A stretch of DNA of 64,000 nt from Eledone cirrhosa (taxonomy: Eukaryota). The number at the start of each line of letters is the position of its first letter. The first letter of the stretch is position 1. The notes beneath the pieces were generated by a model. It did not search any database. It was given only the letters and a program-made list of their open reading frames with translations, and was not told the origin of the DNA. Of this stretch, positions 63,745-64,000 are shown in pieces. The stretch lies in the NCBI GenBank assembly GCA_964016885.1, contig OZ024749.1, positions 38,998,001-39,062,000 of the forward strand, written 5' to 3'. A program made the translations under genes and the position numbers.

Positions 63745-64000
63745 CTGTATGGGAGCCTCCCAAAACTCAGATCAAAAGTGACACAGAGGAGACTGAGGTT
63801 AGCTGGACATGCTCACCGACATCCAGAGTTGACATTGCACTCAGTGCTCCTGTGGGAGCCCCTACATGGACACACTGGACGAGGAAGACCAAGGTTAACG
63901 TATGTTGATGCCCTAAGGACAGACACTGGTCTGTTGGAGATGCAGGACATGGCAGCGATAATGAGGGACAGAGACCGCTGGAGAGAACTCGTCCATGGAT
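63745..64000 (+). mobile_element. 5'-truncated RTE-group LINE C-terminal coding region, open frame to window end
   Basis: LYGSLPKLRSKVTQRRLRLAGHAHRHPE..VLLWEP.HG..GRGRPRLTYVDAL..DRDRWR. Confidence 0.8.

Noticed and set aside
60640-64000. Shank SH3 exon
   Set aside because: No LYSAVPGR-like or SH3 motif found in any frame; presumably downstream of the window

Overview
AT-rich, repeat-dense eukaryotic (animal) genomic DNA. The repeat landscape (tRNA-derived SINEs, RTE LINE tails ending in (ATG)n, long (TA)n runs) looks like an octopod cephalopod; this is an inference. The only host gene found is the 5' part of a + strand Shank/ProSAP (SH3 and multiple ankyrin repeat domains) orthologue. Twelve GT-AG coding exons between 34218 and 60635 splice in frame (1574 nt, about 524 aa) and encode an N-terminal extension, the SPN domain, ankyrin repeats and a Ser-rich linker. 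The SH3/PDZ/SAM exons must lie beyond the window. Two candidate non-coding first exons end at 9276 and 13166. The rest is intron or upstream DNA filled with RTE, R4/Dong-type and Penelope-like retroelement fragments, modular SINEs, TTAA-flanked piggyBac-type MITEs, a foldback element and many minisatellites. The most notable observations are: (1) several sequence-unrelated short elements embedded in (TA)n that fold into minimal type I hammerhead ribozymes; (2) a TA-embedded element with a T-shaped hairpin end present in flip and flop orientations; (3) recurrent double-tailed foldback SINEs; (4) tandem Dong-like RLE elements in TAA repeats. Nearly all long ORFs in the ORF track are microsatellite artefacts. 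Repeat boundaries are approximate, and family names are from motif recognition rather than database searches.
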